Shown here: piece after piece, positions 12,751 through 25,721 of the stretch
How the letters are laid out: each line of letters opens with the position of its first letter
How positions within the stretch are numbered: the first letter of the stretch is position 1
Source of the DNA: Mobula hypostoma
Lineage: Eukaryota
Direction of reading: 5' to 3'
DNA: 64,000 nucleotides
Assembly (NCBI RefSeq): GCF_963921235.1
Contig: NC_086108.1
Location: forward strand, 101,372,001-101,436,000
Position numbers and translations under genes: made by a program
Notes under the pieces: model-generated
What the model saw: the letters and a program-made list of their open reading frames with translations, nothing else
Told to the model about the DNA's origin: nothing
The model's database searches: none

Positions 12751-13449
12751 TATATACACTGAGAAAGCACCAGATTAATTTTTACTTAAATAAATTATAT
12801 ACGTCTGTATTTACTCAGAAGATGGACACAGAGTGTGTGGAAGTGAGGCAAAGTGGCATCAAAGAAGACCCTATACAGATGACAGAGTAGGAGGTGTTTG
12901 CTGGCTTGAGACAAATTAGGCCATTTCAGGGACGACCCATCTTCTCTATTCCATCTACAGCACATAATGAGGCATCCTGAGCCAATAGGCTGGTCCTGGA
13001 CTTATTTTCCATCTGGCATAGTTTGCATTTTGTTGTTTGATTGTTTGTGGTTTTTGTATTGCTATATTTATGCTGTATTCTTGGTTGGTGCGGCTGTAAC
13101 GAAACCCAATTTCCCTCGGGATCAATAAAGTATATCTATCTATCTATCTATGTTCTTCAGATCATCAAAGTGCTTTAAAAGTGGGAAGAGTCTCCAACAA
13201 AGTTGAACTTGTTATTCACAGAAGGGTTTTGTTGGATTCATTCCAAGATGAAATTTGCTTGCAGCTCTGTGATGCATATCAATGTCGTGTTAAAATCTGC
13301 TGATGCTGAAAGATTGGAACAAGTTGGAAATTCTGAGCCAACATCACACCCTTTTTGTACTGAGGTGCAATTTTTCATCATCATTTTTGGGTAACTGACA
13401 AAGGTGTCTTTGTAAGCACAGGAAGCCAGTGGAGTAAAGTTTCAATGCA

Positions 13450-13614
13450 ATGATGGTTCTGCAAAAAGCACTTAATTCGGTGTTCATCTACCTCCTATGT
13501 GCTTATGTTGAGAGTAGCTGTGGAATAAACGTGGTGGATAATGGATATAAAGACATTGTGATTGCAATTAAACCAAGTATCCCATATGACAAGAAGCTTC
13601 CTGAAAAAATCCAG
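13450..13614 (+). CDS. CLCA: CLCA coding exon 1 (signal peptide; MMVLQK...NGYKDIVIAIKPSIPYDKKLPEKIQ)
   Basis: ATG at 13450 (second ATG at 13453), hydrophobic leader, donor CAG|gtaaga; 165 nt, phase 0. Confidence 0.9.
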
Positions 13615-13787
13615 GTAAGATCTAAAATGATACACATCTGTTGCTTTGTGTCAATGTTGTGTTGTATTACCTTGAAATTGGGATTTGATGACAGAAGGAA
13701 GAGTTAAAAGAATATGTGTCCGTAATTGCTCTGGTATCATAATTAAAATACAACGAGATATTGATTTTACACTTGTGTTTCCTTTAG

Positions 13788-13931
13788 GCGATGATGATTG
13801 AAGCCTCCTCCTTCCTGCATCAAGCTACCAAAAAGTGGCTCTATTTTTCAGATGTTAAAATCCTTTTGCCTAAAACCTGGCCGGTTAACTCCAGCTTGGT
13901 TCAAAGACCAACTAATCAATCATATGAGAAG
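13788..13931 (+). CDS. CLCA: CLCA coding exon 2 (AMMIEASSFLHQATKKWLYFSDVKILLPKTW...SYEK)
   Basis: tttcctttag| acceptor, AAG|gtaaga donor; 144 nt, phase 0/0. Confidence 0.93.
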
Positions 13932-15306
13932 GTAAGAACAAAGAAATCAGAGAGTGATAGTAAATGGTTGTATATCAGATTGAACAATGATAGCTAGTGC
14001 CTAGTTGCCCAGGGTTCAATACTGAAATGGATGTGTTGGATAACATTTATAAATTTATGGATGAAGGAGTGGCAAAGTGTGAGAGGGTGATAATGTACGC
14101 TGATGTAGATGGAGCTGCTGAATAGGCAGCAAGTTACAGGTGAAGTGAAAGACTGAAATATATACAATATAACACCAATTATCTGCTGTTCAATCATTCA
14201 GAAATCCTGATGGTTTAGCATTTGGCTCACTGATGATGTTTCTCTCCACCCCCACACCGAAACTCACCAGTGTCCCATTTCTGTTCTCCCTTCAACTTAT
14301 CCGGATCCTGCGCTCCATTGAACTCGCTGGAATCCTATTTCCTGTGCACTCTTTATCCAAACCAGTGCCCCATTTCCTTTCACTGCACTGAAACCCAGTC
14401 TCTGCTCTCTCATTTTCAACTCACCCAGTCCTGGTTTCTGCCCTCTTCCTCAACTCACCGGGATTCTTTAAACTCAATAGCACCTCATTTCCCATGGTCC
14501 CTTTAAGTTCACCCAATTCCCTTTTCCTGTTGCCCTTTTACACTAAACGTAGCCTGGTCCCTGCCCAAGATTCAGATTCATTTGTTTATGAATTTGTACA
14601 TTGAAACAGACAGTGTAATGTATTAACAATGAACACAATCTGTGGATGTGCTGGGGCAGGCTGCAAGTGCTGCCCTATATTCCAGTGCCAACGTAGTATG
14701 CCCTTAATGCTTGACAGAACATAACCGAACACAACAGACAACAAAACAACACCAAAACAAGTGCCTTTCCTCCCTCCCACCCCTTCCCCACATACATGGA
14801 CATTCCTCCAGGCTCCAGACTTTGTCCATCAAACTTTGACTTCCAGTAATCTGATCAACTTTCAGACTTCAATCTTCAGTATCAACCCCCACACAAGCCA
14901 ACGATGGGTCCCTGAACTCCAGACTCACCTGCTCACCAACCTTCGAATGGAAGAACAGACTCAATGGGCAAAATGGACTAATTCTGCTCTATATTTTATG
15001 GTCTTCAAGATTCAAGATTACTTATTGTAATTCTCCAGTAAATGAGTGTAAAGGAGAACAAAATGATTGTTACTTCATATCTGATGAAGCATATAAAAAA
15101 TCAATAAGCATAAATAAGAATAAATATAATTGTAAAAGTAAACCTGTAAAGGACATAGTAGAAGTAAAGTGCATGGGGGGGAGGGGGTTGTGGGGTGCTC
15201 ACAGGCAGCGGAAAAGAGTGGCTGATATGTGTGTAGTGGTGGGTTGAGGTGGGGGAGTGGGTTAATGGATGGAGGTGTTGATCAGCCTGATGGCTTGGGG
15301 GAAGTA

Positions 15307-18300
15307 GAACCATAGAACCATAGAACCATAGAAACTACAGCACAGAAACAGGCCCTTTGGCCCTTCTTGGCTGTGCCGAACCATTTTCTGCCTAGTCCCA
15401 CTGACCTGCACACGGACCATATCCCTCCATACACCTCCCATCCATGTATCTGTCCAATTTATTCTTAAATGTTAAAAAAGAACCCGCATTTACCACCTCA
15501 TCTGGCAGCTCATTCCATACTCCCACCACTCTCTGTATGAAGAAGCCCCCCCTAATGTTCCCTTTAAACTTTTACCCCCTCACCCTTAACCCATGTCCTC
15601 TGGTTTTTTCTCCCCTTGCCTCAGTGGAAAAAGCCTACTTGCATTCACTCTATCTATACCCATCATAATTTTATATATCTCTGTCAAATCTTCCCTCATT
15701 CTTCTACGCTCCAGGGTATAAAGTCCTAACCTATTCAACCTTTCTCTGTAACTGAGTTTCTCAAGTCCTGGCAACATCCTTGTAAACCTTCTCTGCACTC
15801 TTTCAACCTTATTTATATCCTTCCTGTAATTTGGTGACCAAAACTGAACACAATACCCCAGATTCAGCCTCACCAATGCCTTATACAACCTCATCATAAC
15901 ATTCCAGCTCTTATACTCAATACTGTACTCCTCAGTGCCTTACCATTAACCCTGTATGTTCTACCTTGGTTTGTCCTGTGAACGTACAATACCTCAAACT
16001 TGTCTGTATTAAACTCCATCTGCCATTTTTCAGCCCATTTTTCCAGTTGGTCCAAGCCCTTCTGCAGGCTCTGAAAACCTTCCTCACTGTCTACTACACC
16101 TCCAATCTTTGTATCATCAGCAAACTTGCTGATCCAATTTACCACATTATCATCCAGATCATTGATATAGATGACAAATAACAATGGACCCAGCACTGAT
16201 CCCTGTGGCACACCACTAGTCACAGGCCTCCACTCGGAGAAGCAATTCTCTACCACCACCCTCTGGCTTCTTCCATCGAGCCAATGTCTAATCCAATTTA
16301 CCACCTCTCCATGTATACCTAGCAACTGAATTTTCCTAACTAACCTCCCATGTGGGACCTTGTCAAAGGCCTTACTGAAGTCCATGTAGGCAATATCCAC
16401 TGCCTTCCCTTCATCCACTTTCCTGGTAACCTCTTCGAAAAACTCCAATAGATTGGTCAAACATGACCTACCACGCACAAAGCCATGTTGACTCTCCCTA
16501 ATAAGTCCCTGTCTATCCAAATGCTTGTAGATTCTGTCTCTTAGTACTCCCTCCAATAACTACCTACTACTGACGATAAACTTACCGGCCTATAATTTCC
16601 CGGATTACTTTTCGATCCTTTTTTAAACAACGGAACAACATGAGCCACTCTCCAATCCTCCGGCACCTCACCTGTAGACAGCGACATTTTAAATATTTCT
16701 GTCAGGGCCCCTGCAATTTCAACACTAGTCTCCTTCAAGGTCCGAGGGAACACACTGTCAGTTCCCGGGGATTTATCCACTTTAATTTTCCTCAAGACAG
16801 CAAGGACCTCCTCCTTTTCGATCTGTACAGTTTCCAGGATCTCACTACTTGTTTCCCTTAATTCCATAGACTTCATGCCAGTTTTCTTAGTTAATACTAG
16901 ACGCAAAAAACCTATTTAAGATCTCCCCCATTTCCTTTGGTTCCGCACATAGCCGACCACTCTGATCTTCAAGAGGACCAATTTTATCCCTTACAATCCT
17001 TTTGCTCTTAATATACCTGTAAAAGCTCTTTGGATTATCCTTCATTTTGACTGCCAAGGCAACCTCATGTCTTCTTTTAGCCCTCCTGATTTCCTTCTTA
17101 AGTATTTTCTTGCACTTCTTATACTCCTCAAGCAACTTATTTACTCCCTGCTTCCTATACATGTCATTCTTCTTTATCAGAGTTGCAATATCCCTTGAGA
17201 ACCAAGGTTCCTTATTCCTATTCACTTTGCCTTTAATCCTGACAGGAACATACAAATTCTGCACTCTCAAAATTTCTCCTTTGAAGGCTTCCCACCTACC
17301 GATCACATCCTTGCCAGAGAACAATCTGTCCCAATCCATGTTTTTAGATCCTTTCTCATTTCTTCAAACTTGGCCTTCTTCCAGTTAAGAACCTCAACCC
17401 TAGGACCAGATCTATCCTTGTCCATGATCAAGTTGAAACTAATGGTGTTATGATCACTGGAACCAAAGTGCTCCCCTACACAGACTTCCGTCACTTGTCC
17501 TAACTCGATTCCTAACAGGAGATCCAATATTGCATCCCCTCTAGTTGGTCCCTCTATATATTGATTTAGAAAACTTACCTGAACACATTTTACAAACTCT
17601 AAACCATCTAGACCCCTAACAGTATGGGAGTCCCAATCAATATATGGAAAATTAAAATCCCCTACCACCACAACTTTATGTTTCCTGCAGTTGCCTGCTA
17701 TCTCTCTGCAGATTTGCTCTTCCAATTCTCGTTGACTATTGGGTGGTCTGTAATACAATCCCACTAATGTGGCCATACGTTTCCTGTTTCTCAGCTCCAC
17801 CCATAAGGACTCAGTAGACAAGCCCTCTAATCTGTCCTGCCTGAGCACTGCTGTAATATTTTCCCTAACATGCAATGCTACTCCCCCACCTTTCATTCCT
17901 CTGCCTCGATCACATCTGAAACATCGGAACCCTGGAATATTAAGCTGCCAGTCCTGCCCCCCTGTAGCCAAGTTTCACTAATTGCTATAACGTCATAATT
18001 CCACGTGTCAATCCACGCCCTCAACTCATCTGCCTTCCCCGCAATACTCCTAGCATTGAAATATATACACCTCAGAAGATTTTTACCACCACTCACAGCC
18101 TTTCTATTAGTGGATTTGCTTGAACTTTTAACATCATTTATTTTCACCCCAGCCACACTGTCAGCTCTGGCACTCTGGTTACCACCCCCCTGCAAATGTA
18201 GTTTAAAGCCTCCCCAATAGCACTAACAAACCTCCCTGAAAGGATATTGCTCCCCCTGTAGTTCAAGTGTAACCCGTCTCTCTTGTACAGGTCCCACCTG

Positions 18301-19020
18301 CCCCAGAAGAGGTCCCAATTATCCTGAAATCTGAAACCCTGCCCCCTACACCAGTTCCTCAGCCACTTGTTCATCCTCCAGAGCATCCTATTCCTACCCT
18401 CACTGGCACGTAGCACAGGTAGCAATCCTGAGATTACCACCCTCGAGGTCCTGCTTTTCAACTTCCTACCAAGCTCTCTATACTCACTCTCCAGGACCTC
18501 CTCACTCTTCCTTGCTATGTCATTGGTACCCATGTGCACCACGACATCTGGCTGATCACCCTCCCACTTCAGAATGTCATGCAATCGATCAGAGACATCC
18601 TTGACCCTGGCACCCGGGAGGCAATAAACCATCCTGGATTCTCTGTGACGACCACAGAACCTCCTATCTGTACCTCTAACTATCGCGTCCCCTATCACTA
18701 CTGCTCTCCTCTTTTTCCACCCTCCCTTCTGCACTGCAGAGCCAGACTCAGTGCCAGAGATCCAGCTACTGCATCTTGTCCCAGGTAAGTCATCCCCCCC
18801 AACAGTATCCAATGCGGTATACTTGTTGTTGAGGGGAATGGCCACAGGGGAACCCTGCTCTGCCTGCACTTTCCTCTTCCCTCGCCTGACAGTGACCCAA
18901 TTTCCTGTCCTCGGCACCTTTTGCGTAACTACCTCCCTGTAGCTACGATCTATAATCTCCTCATTCTCCCGAATGATCCGCAGGTCATCCAGCTCCTGCT
19001 CCAGTTCCCTAACGCGGTTT
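15307..19020 (-). mobile_element. Near-full-length CR1 LINE: ORF1 (SGNH/GDSL esterase-like) plus ORF2 (APE endonuclease and RT), frameshifted
   Basis: ORF1 VIGDAIVRG, CLPGARV, HMGTND, DGLHLN; ORF2 YFNARS, YYRPP, GDFNFP, SDHN, GVPQGSVLGP, KFADDTK; (TTCTATGG)n tail at 15307-15332. Confidence 0.93.
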
Positions 19021-19109
19021 GGAATTGATTGATTGATTGAAGTAATTGAAGTATTTTATATCAGATTTCTCAAAATGTTTAGGACTACAAAACATGAAAT
19101 ACCCTCTTA

Positions 19110-19625
19110 GACAAAGGAACAACACCTTATATTCCGTATGGGTAGCCTCCAACCTGATGGCATGAACATTGACTTCTCTAACTTCCGCTAGGCCCCACCT
19201 CCCCCTCGTACCCCATCTGTTACTCTTTTTTATGCACACATTCTTTCTCTCACTCTCCTTTTTCTCCCTCTGTCCCTCTGAATATACCTCTTGCCCATCC
19301 TCTGGGTCACCCCCCCCCTCCGTCTTTCTTCCCGGACCTCCTGTCCCATGATCCTCTCGTATCCCCTTCTGCCTATCACCTGTCCAGCTCTCGGCTCCAT
19401 CCCTCCCCCTCCTGTCTTCTCCTATCATTTTGCATCTCCCCTCCCCCTCCAGCTTTCAAATCCCTTACTCACTCTTCCTTCAGTTAGTCCTGACGAAGGG
19501 TCTCGGCCTGAAACGTCGACTGCGCCTCTTCCTATAGATGCTGCCTGGCCTGCTGTGTTCACCAGCAACTTTGATGTGTGTTGCTTGAATTTCCAGCATC
19601 TGCAGAATTCCTGTTGTTTGCGTTT
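19110..19625 (+). mobile_element. 5'-truncated Penelope-like element (GIY-YIG end plus pLTR)
   Basis: EQHLIFRMGSLQPDGMNIDFSNFR* followed by a pyrimidine-rich tract and a hammerhead-containing pLTR. Confidence 0.8.
19485..19522 (+). ncRNA. Minimal type-I hammerhead ribozyme motif (PLE type)
   Basis: TAGTC-CTGACGA-AGGGTCTCGGCCT-GAAAC-GTC-GACTG: stem I TAGTC/GACTG, intact CUGANGA and GAAA cores, GUC cleavage triplet ending at 19517. Confidence 0.75.
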
Positions 19626-20813
19626 AAATACTTTCTTAATACTGCCTAAGTCAGTGATATCAAAATCAGTCATAGAGGTATACACTCAGAAACAGACCCT
19701 CAAGCTTGTCTGGGCTCCCCATCAACTACCTATTTATAGCAAACCCATTTACTGACACCAGGTCCATGGCAATCCAAATGTTCATCAGATCCATTTTAAG
19801 TGTTTTGAGAGTGCAGTAGTTCTTTTGGTTCTCCTACCTACAGCTCCCTGTAATCTGCACTTGCCCCCCTTCCAAACTGGTCATTCTGTGCTTGCGATAT
19901 TGTCTCTTTTGTTGGCAACTCTGAGGCTTTGGCTGCTCTGGGGTTCGGATGTAAGGACTCATTTTGTTCGGAACGCTGTTGCTTCTTGTGTGTGCATGAT
20001 TTGTGTTTTTATCCCTCTTTCCCTGCACATCGGGTATTGGTCTTTATTTTATTTTCTTTTAATTGGGTTTTCTTTTTGGATTTCTTGCTTTGTGGTTTCC
20101 TGTAAGTAAACAAATCTCAAGGTTGTATAATTCATACGTTATGTGATAATAAATGTACTTTCAAACTTGAAACTTTGAACTTTGAAAACAAGATTACAAT
20201 TTCAAGATTGTTTATTGTTATTCTTCTGTATACCAGTGTAAAGTGGAATGGAACTATTATTACTCCGGATTGGATCCAACACAAAAAAAATCATAATAAG
20301 CAGAAGGAACACAATAAAAAAGAAGAAAACCACAATAATTATAAATATGAAAGCAATCCTATAAATCACGATATACAAGTAACTGGGTGTGGCCATATAT
20401 ACATAAAATTAGATTATACTGTAAATATAGACTGATTGTATGGGCATAAAGCAACGCTACGTGCAGGAATCCTTCCGCATAAGGTAACTGATAGGAAAGA
20501 AGATAAAAAAAAAAACTTCTTATCTATCTGAGAGGAGATAGGATAGGAGACAGGATCTAAATAAGGTGCAGAAAGTTGTAAACTCAGTCAGCTCTGTCAT
20601 GACTCCCTAGCATCTCGGACACCTTTAAGGAGCAATATCTCAAAAAGTGGCATCTATCATTAAGGACCACCATCACCACCATCACCCAAGATATGCTGCC
20701 ATCAGATAGGAGGTCCGGGGGCCTGAAGGCACACACTCAACAATTCAGGAATAGCTTCTTCCCCTCTGCCATCAGATTTCGGAATGGACATTGAACCCAT
20801 GAACACTACCTCA

Positions 20814-20984
20814 TGCAATATACACAGGATGCTGGACTAACTCTGCAGTTCAGACAGCATCTATGGAAAAGAGTGAATGGCCTACGGTTCGGGCCAAGAC
20901 CCTTCATCAGTCCTGCAGCCCTCCTCCAGTACTCTGTGTGTGCTGCTTTGGATTTCCAGCATCTGCAGACTTTCTTGTGTTTGC
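20814..20984. mobile_element. Short inverted PLE pLTR insertion with 13-bp TSD
   Basis: TSD GAACACTACCTCA (20801-20813) / GAACAGTACCTCA (20985-20997); minus-strand pLTR piece joined to a plus-strand pLTR end. Confidence 0.65.
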
Positions 20985-21062
20985 GAACAGTACCTCACAA
21001 CTTCATTTCCCTCTTTTTGTTCTACTTATATAATGCTGTTGTGCTGTTGTGGACGTGCTGAT

Positions 21063-22366
21063 CAAAAACACGAGAAAGTCTGGAGATGCTGGAAATCCAG
21101 AGCATCACACACAAAATGCTGGTAGCATCTAGAGAAATGAATAAACAGTTGATGTTTCAGGCTGAGGCTCTTCTTCAGGACAGAAAGGAAGGGTGGTAGG
21201 TAAGGACAGGGATCTTTTTCTCAGTTTCTTCATCTCTGCCACATCTATTTGTCAGGATACAGCTTTCCTTTCCAAGATATCAGAGATGTTCTCTTTCTTC
21301 AAAGAATGAGGTTTCCCTTCCTCTGCCATTGATGCTGCCCTCACCTGCATCTCCTTCATTTCCCAAACATCCAAGTTCACCCCATCTTCTTGCTGCCTTA
21401 ACAGTGATAGAGTTCCTCTGGTCGTTACCTATCACAACACGAACCTCCACATCCAACACATCATTTTACACAACTTCTGCCATCTCCAAATGGATCCTAC
21501 CGCCAAACATATCTTTACCTCCCTTCCTTTATACAGGGATATATACTTTATACAGGGATCGCTCCCTCCATGATTTCCTTGCTCAATCATCCTTCCCAAC
21601 TAATCTCCCTCTTGGCATTTATCCCTGAAACACCTACTATAAAGTGCTACACATGCCCATTCACCTCCTCCCTCACTTGCATTTAAACCCTAGCCAGTCC
21701 TTCCAGGCGAGGCAACATTTCCCATGTGAATTTGCTGGGGTCATCTCTGTGTCCAGTGCTCCCATTGAGGTCTATTCTACATTGGTGAGGCCCATCGTAA
21801 ATTGTGGGACTGCTTCATCAGGTACCTCCACTTTATCCTCAAAAATGCGGAACTGCTCGGTAGCAAAATATTTTAATTCTAATTCCCGTTCCCATTCTGA
21901 CATGTTGATCCATGGTCTCCTCTTGTTCCTCAGTGTGGAGGAGCAACACCTTATATTCTATCTCGGTAGCCGCCAACTTGATATCATGAATATCGATTTC
22001 TCCTTCCAGTTTAAAAAAAATGACTCACCCTACCCTCTTCTCTTCACCACTCTGGCCTCTAACATTTTCTCACCTCTCTATCCCTTCCTCCTTCCTTTTC
22101 TCCTATGGCCAATCTCCTTCCTCTCCAGCTCTTTACCTTTCCTAGCACCTGGATTCACCTCTCACCTTCTAGCTATCCTTCTTCCCTTCTCCTCAACTTT
22201 TTATACTGACATCTTCCCCCTTCCTTTCCAGTCCTGGCGAAAGGTCTCAGCCTGAAAAGTCAACTGTTTATTCCTCTCCCTAGATGCTGCCTGACCTGCT
22301 GAGTTCCTCCAGAATGTTGTAGTGTTGCCTGAATTTCCAGCATCTGCAGAATCTCTGGTGTTTGTG
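21063..22366 (+). mobile_element. Penelope-like element with inverted 5' pLTR, degenerate GIY-YIG region and 3' pLTR
   Basis: Minus-strand pLTR at about 21063-21200; FQARQHFPCEFAGVI and EEQHLIFYLGS remnants; plus-strand pLTR at about 22200-22366. Confidence 0.78.
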
Positions 22367-23684
22367 AACATTATCTATTTGCCTGGTTCAGTGTTCCCCA
22401 ACAACCCCCGAGAAGCTTGACGCCAACCATGACAAAGCAACCCATCCATCAGCCTAAACATTCATCCCCTTAACTACCACAACATATTATCTGTATTGTG
22501 CATTGTCTACAAAATGGATTGTAATCCTGGCTACTCCAAGAGCACTTCCTAAAGAGCTGGAAAGTGTGCTGACTGGCTGCATTACAGCCTAGTATGGGAA
22601 CACCAATCCTGTTTAGTGGAAAATTATACAAAATGTAGTGGATTCAACCCAGTACATCACTTACATCACTGGTAAACCGCTCCCAATCATTGAACACATC
22701 TACATGAAACTTTGCTGTAGAAAACTAGCACCCAGTATCAAAAATCCTCACCGCCCAGCCATGTTCTTTTCTTGCTGATGCTATCAGGTAGAAGGTGCAA
22801 GTGCCTCAGGACTCATACCACCAGGTTCACAAACAGTTACTACCCCTCAGCCATCGGGTTCTTGAACAAAAAACGGAACAATACAACACTCATTCTATTT
22901 CTGGTGTTCCCACAACCGATGGTCTCACTATAAGGACTCTTTATCTTGCTATTTCATTGTCTTTCATTTCATTTTATTTCATACTCTTTATTGCTTTTTA
23001 TTTATATTTGCATTTGCACAATTTGTTTTTCATTGATTCTATTTACAGTTATTGTTCTATAGATTTGCAAAGAGTCCCAAGGAAACTGAATCTTAGGGTT
23101 GTAGGTGGTGACATGTACTCTGATAATAAATTTCACTTTGACTTTAACTTTACTTTGACTACTTTGATTTTAACAAAGCATGGCACAGCAATCAAGTAGC
23201 AGAAGGAAAACAGCCAGGGAAGGAAACCACCGTCTGCAGGTATGCATCAGAACAAGGAAAGACGGCACTGATTCAGGATAGTAGACTTCAACTGCCTATC
23301 AAGGGCAACTCAAGGAGGGCAATAAACACTGGTATATTTAAAGCAGAGTTGTTAGGTCCTTGATTCTTAAGAGCATCAAGAGTTATGGGAGAGGACAGGA
23401 GAATGGTATTCAGAGGGATAATACATCCGCTATGTTCGAATAGCGGAGCAGACACAATAGCCCAAATGCCTCAATATTACTCCTGTATCTTATGGTCTTA
23501 TGGCCTGGTCTTCGGAGATGTCCAAATGTCAAATAATTAATACATTATGAATAAAAATCTGGAAAATATTATTATAAATTCTATTCAATGCATATTTCTT
23601 ACATTAAAACTCTAGGCTCACAGTTCTATGGATTACAACTATTACATGGGTTTTAATGTGGAAAAATACAATTGTATTTCACAG

Positions 23685-23835
23685 GCAAATGTGATCATTG
23701 CTGAACCCAATCCTCTGTATGGAGACACCCCATACACCCTGCAGTATGGAGGATGTGGGGAGAAAGGCCTCTACATTCACCTTACGCCGAACTTCCTACT
23801 AAATGACAGTCTGGTACAAGTTTATGGTAAAAAGG
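23685..23835 (+). CDS. CLCA: CLCA coding exon 3 (ANVIIAEPNPLYGDTPYTLQYGGCGEKGLYIHLTPNFL...)
   Basis: tttcacag| acceptor, G|gtaagt donor; 151 nt, phase 0/1. Confidence 0.94.
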
Positions 23836-24574
23836 GTAAGTTAACATCTTTGAAGCATATGTTTTGAATCTGATGAAACCGTATCTAGGCTTCCAGTGAT
23901 AACAACCTGGCAAAAATACAGGAAGTCAGAAGTTCTGGTGAAAAACTTGTGCCGGTTGGTAAGTTAAGTGAGAACATATAAACTACCCTTTGTTCAGGTG
24001 GGTGACAGGAGAGTAAGGGTGGAGTTGAGGGGGGGCTTGACTAGGACATGGAAAAGTGGATCAGGGATGTGGAAATACTAATGGTGGTAATCTGAGAGCC
24101 AGCACGTCTCACTGGGCCAAATCTCCTCTTCAGAGAAATGAGACATATCACTGCAGTATTTAAACATTCAGAAATGTGATTTTTAGTGGCAGGAAATGAA
24201 AGCATTACAATGCAGAAACTGCACTTTTGTTTGGTGGGTGTGAGGAGGGATTATGCTGGAGTTGCTGGTCATTAATAAGGTACAAGCTAGATGAATGGGG
24301 AATGGGACCAATGTTAGTAATCTAGGTAAGTGTTGGGACTTAGATTTAAATTTCTTTATTATTAACCACATGTACATCGAAACATACAGAAAAATGTGTC
24401 TTTAGCATGAACAAGTAACACAATCGGAGGATGTGCGGGAAGCAGCCTGTAAGTGTCACCACACATTCTGAGACCAACATAGCAAGCTCACCCACTATGT
24501 TCAGCAGTACAACACGGAGACAACATACACCAGGCATCAACAATGAAACAAACTCCCTTCCCACCCCACTCACT

Positions 24575-24624
24575 ACACACAGACACACACACACACACAC
24601 ACACACGCGCACACAAACACGTGT

Positions 24625-24668
<44 letters not shown>
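24575..24668. repeat. (CA)n microsatellite, interrupted
   Basis: Direct inspection. Confidence 0.95.
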
Positions 24669-24670
<2 letters not shown>

Positions 24671-24734
24671 CCAACCTCCAACCTCCAACCCCAGAGAATA
24701 AGGTTAGAGTTGATTGGTCTGACTGGGGCATGTC

Positions 24735-25721
24735 AATGATTTGGACTATGGTATTAATGGATTTGTGGTTGAATTTGCTGATGATACAAAGATAGGTAGA
24801 GGAGCAGGTAGTGTTGAGGAAACAGAAAGCCTACAGAGAGACTTAGATAGTTTAGGGGAATGGGTAAAGAAGTGGCAAATGAAATACAATATTGGAAAGA
24901 GCATGGTTATGCATTTTAGTGGAAGAAATAAATGGGCAAACTATTAGTTAGATGGGGAGAGAATTCAAAATGCAGAGATGTAAAGGAACTTGGGAGTCCT
25001 TGTGCAGGATACCCTAAAGGTTAACCTCCAGGTTGAGTCAGTTGTGAAGAAGGCGAATGCAATGTTGGCATTCATTTCTAGAGGTATAGAATATAAGAGC
25101 AGGGATGTGATGTTGAGGCTCTATAATGCACTCGTGAGACCACACTTGGAGCGGTTTTGCAGTTTTGTGTGCAGTGTGCAGTTTTGGGCTCTTTATTTTC
25201 GAAAGGATATACTGGCATTGGAGAGGGCGCAGAGAAGATTTGCAAAAATGATTCCAAGAATGAAAAGGTTATCTTATGAGGAACGTCTGGCAGCTCTTGG
25301 GCTGTATTCCCTAGAGTTCAGGAGAATGAGGGGGGATCTCATAGAAATATTCCAAATGTTAAAAGGCCTGAACAGATTAGATATGGCAAAGTTATTTCCC
25401 ATGGCAGAGGATTCTAGGACAAGAGCGCACGACTTCAGGATTGAAGGACGTCATTTTGGAACTGAGATGCGGAGAAATTACTTTAGTCACCGGGTGATAA
25501 ATCTGTGAAATTTGTTGCCCTGAGCAGCAGTGGAGGCCAAGTGACTGGGTGTATTAAGGCATAGATAGATAGGTTCTTGATTAGCCAGGGCATCAAAAGG
25601 GTATGGGATGAAAGCTGGGAGTGGGGATGACTGGAAGAACTGAATCGGCCCATAATTGAATGGCGGAGCAGACTTGACGAGCCAAATGCCTACTTCTGCT
25701 CCAGTATCTTATGGTCTTATG
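24735..25721 (+). mobile_element. CR1 LINE 3' fragment
   Basis: EFADDTKIG, VKKANAMLAFISRG, RMRGDLIE; (TCTTATGG)n tail. Confidence 0.88.

Noticed and set aside
21644..22255. 203-aa ORF as a gene
   Set aside because: It reads across frameshifted PLE GIY-YIG remnants into a pyrimidine-rich UTR and is not a coherent protein.
24346..24739. CV- and HT-repeat ORFs
   Set aside because: Translations of a (CA)n microsatellite.
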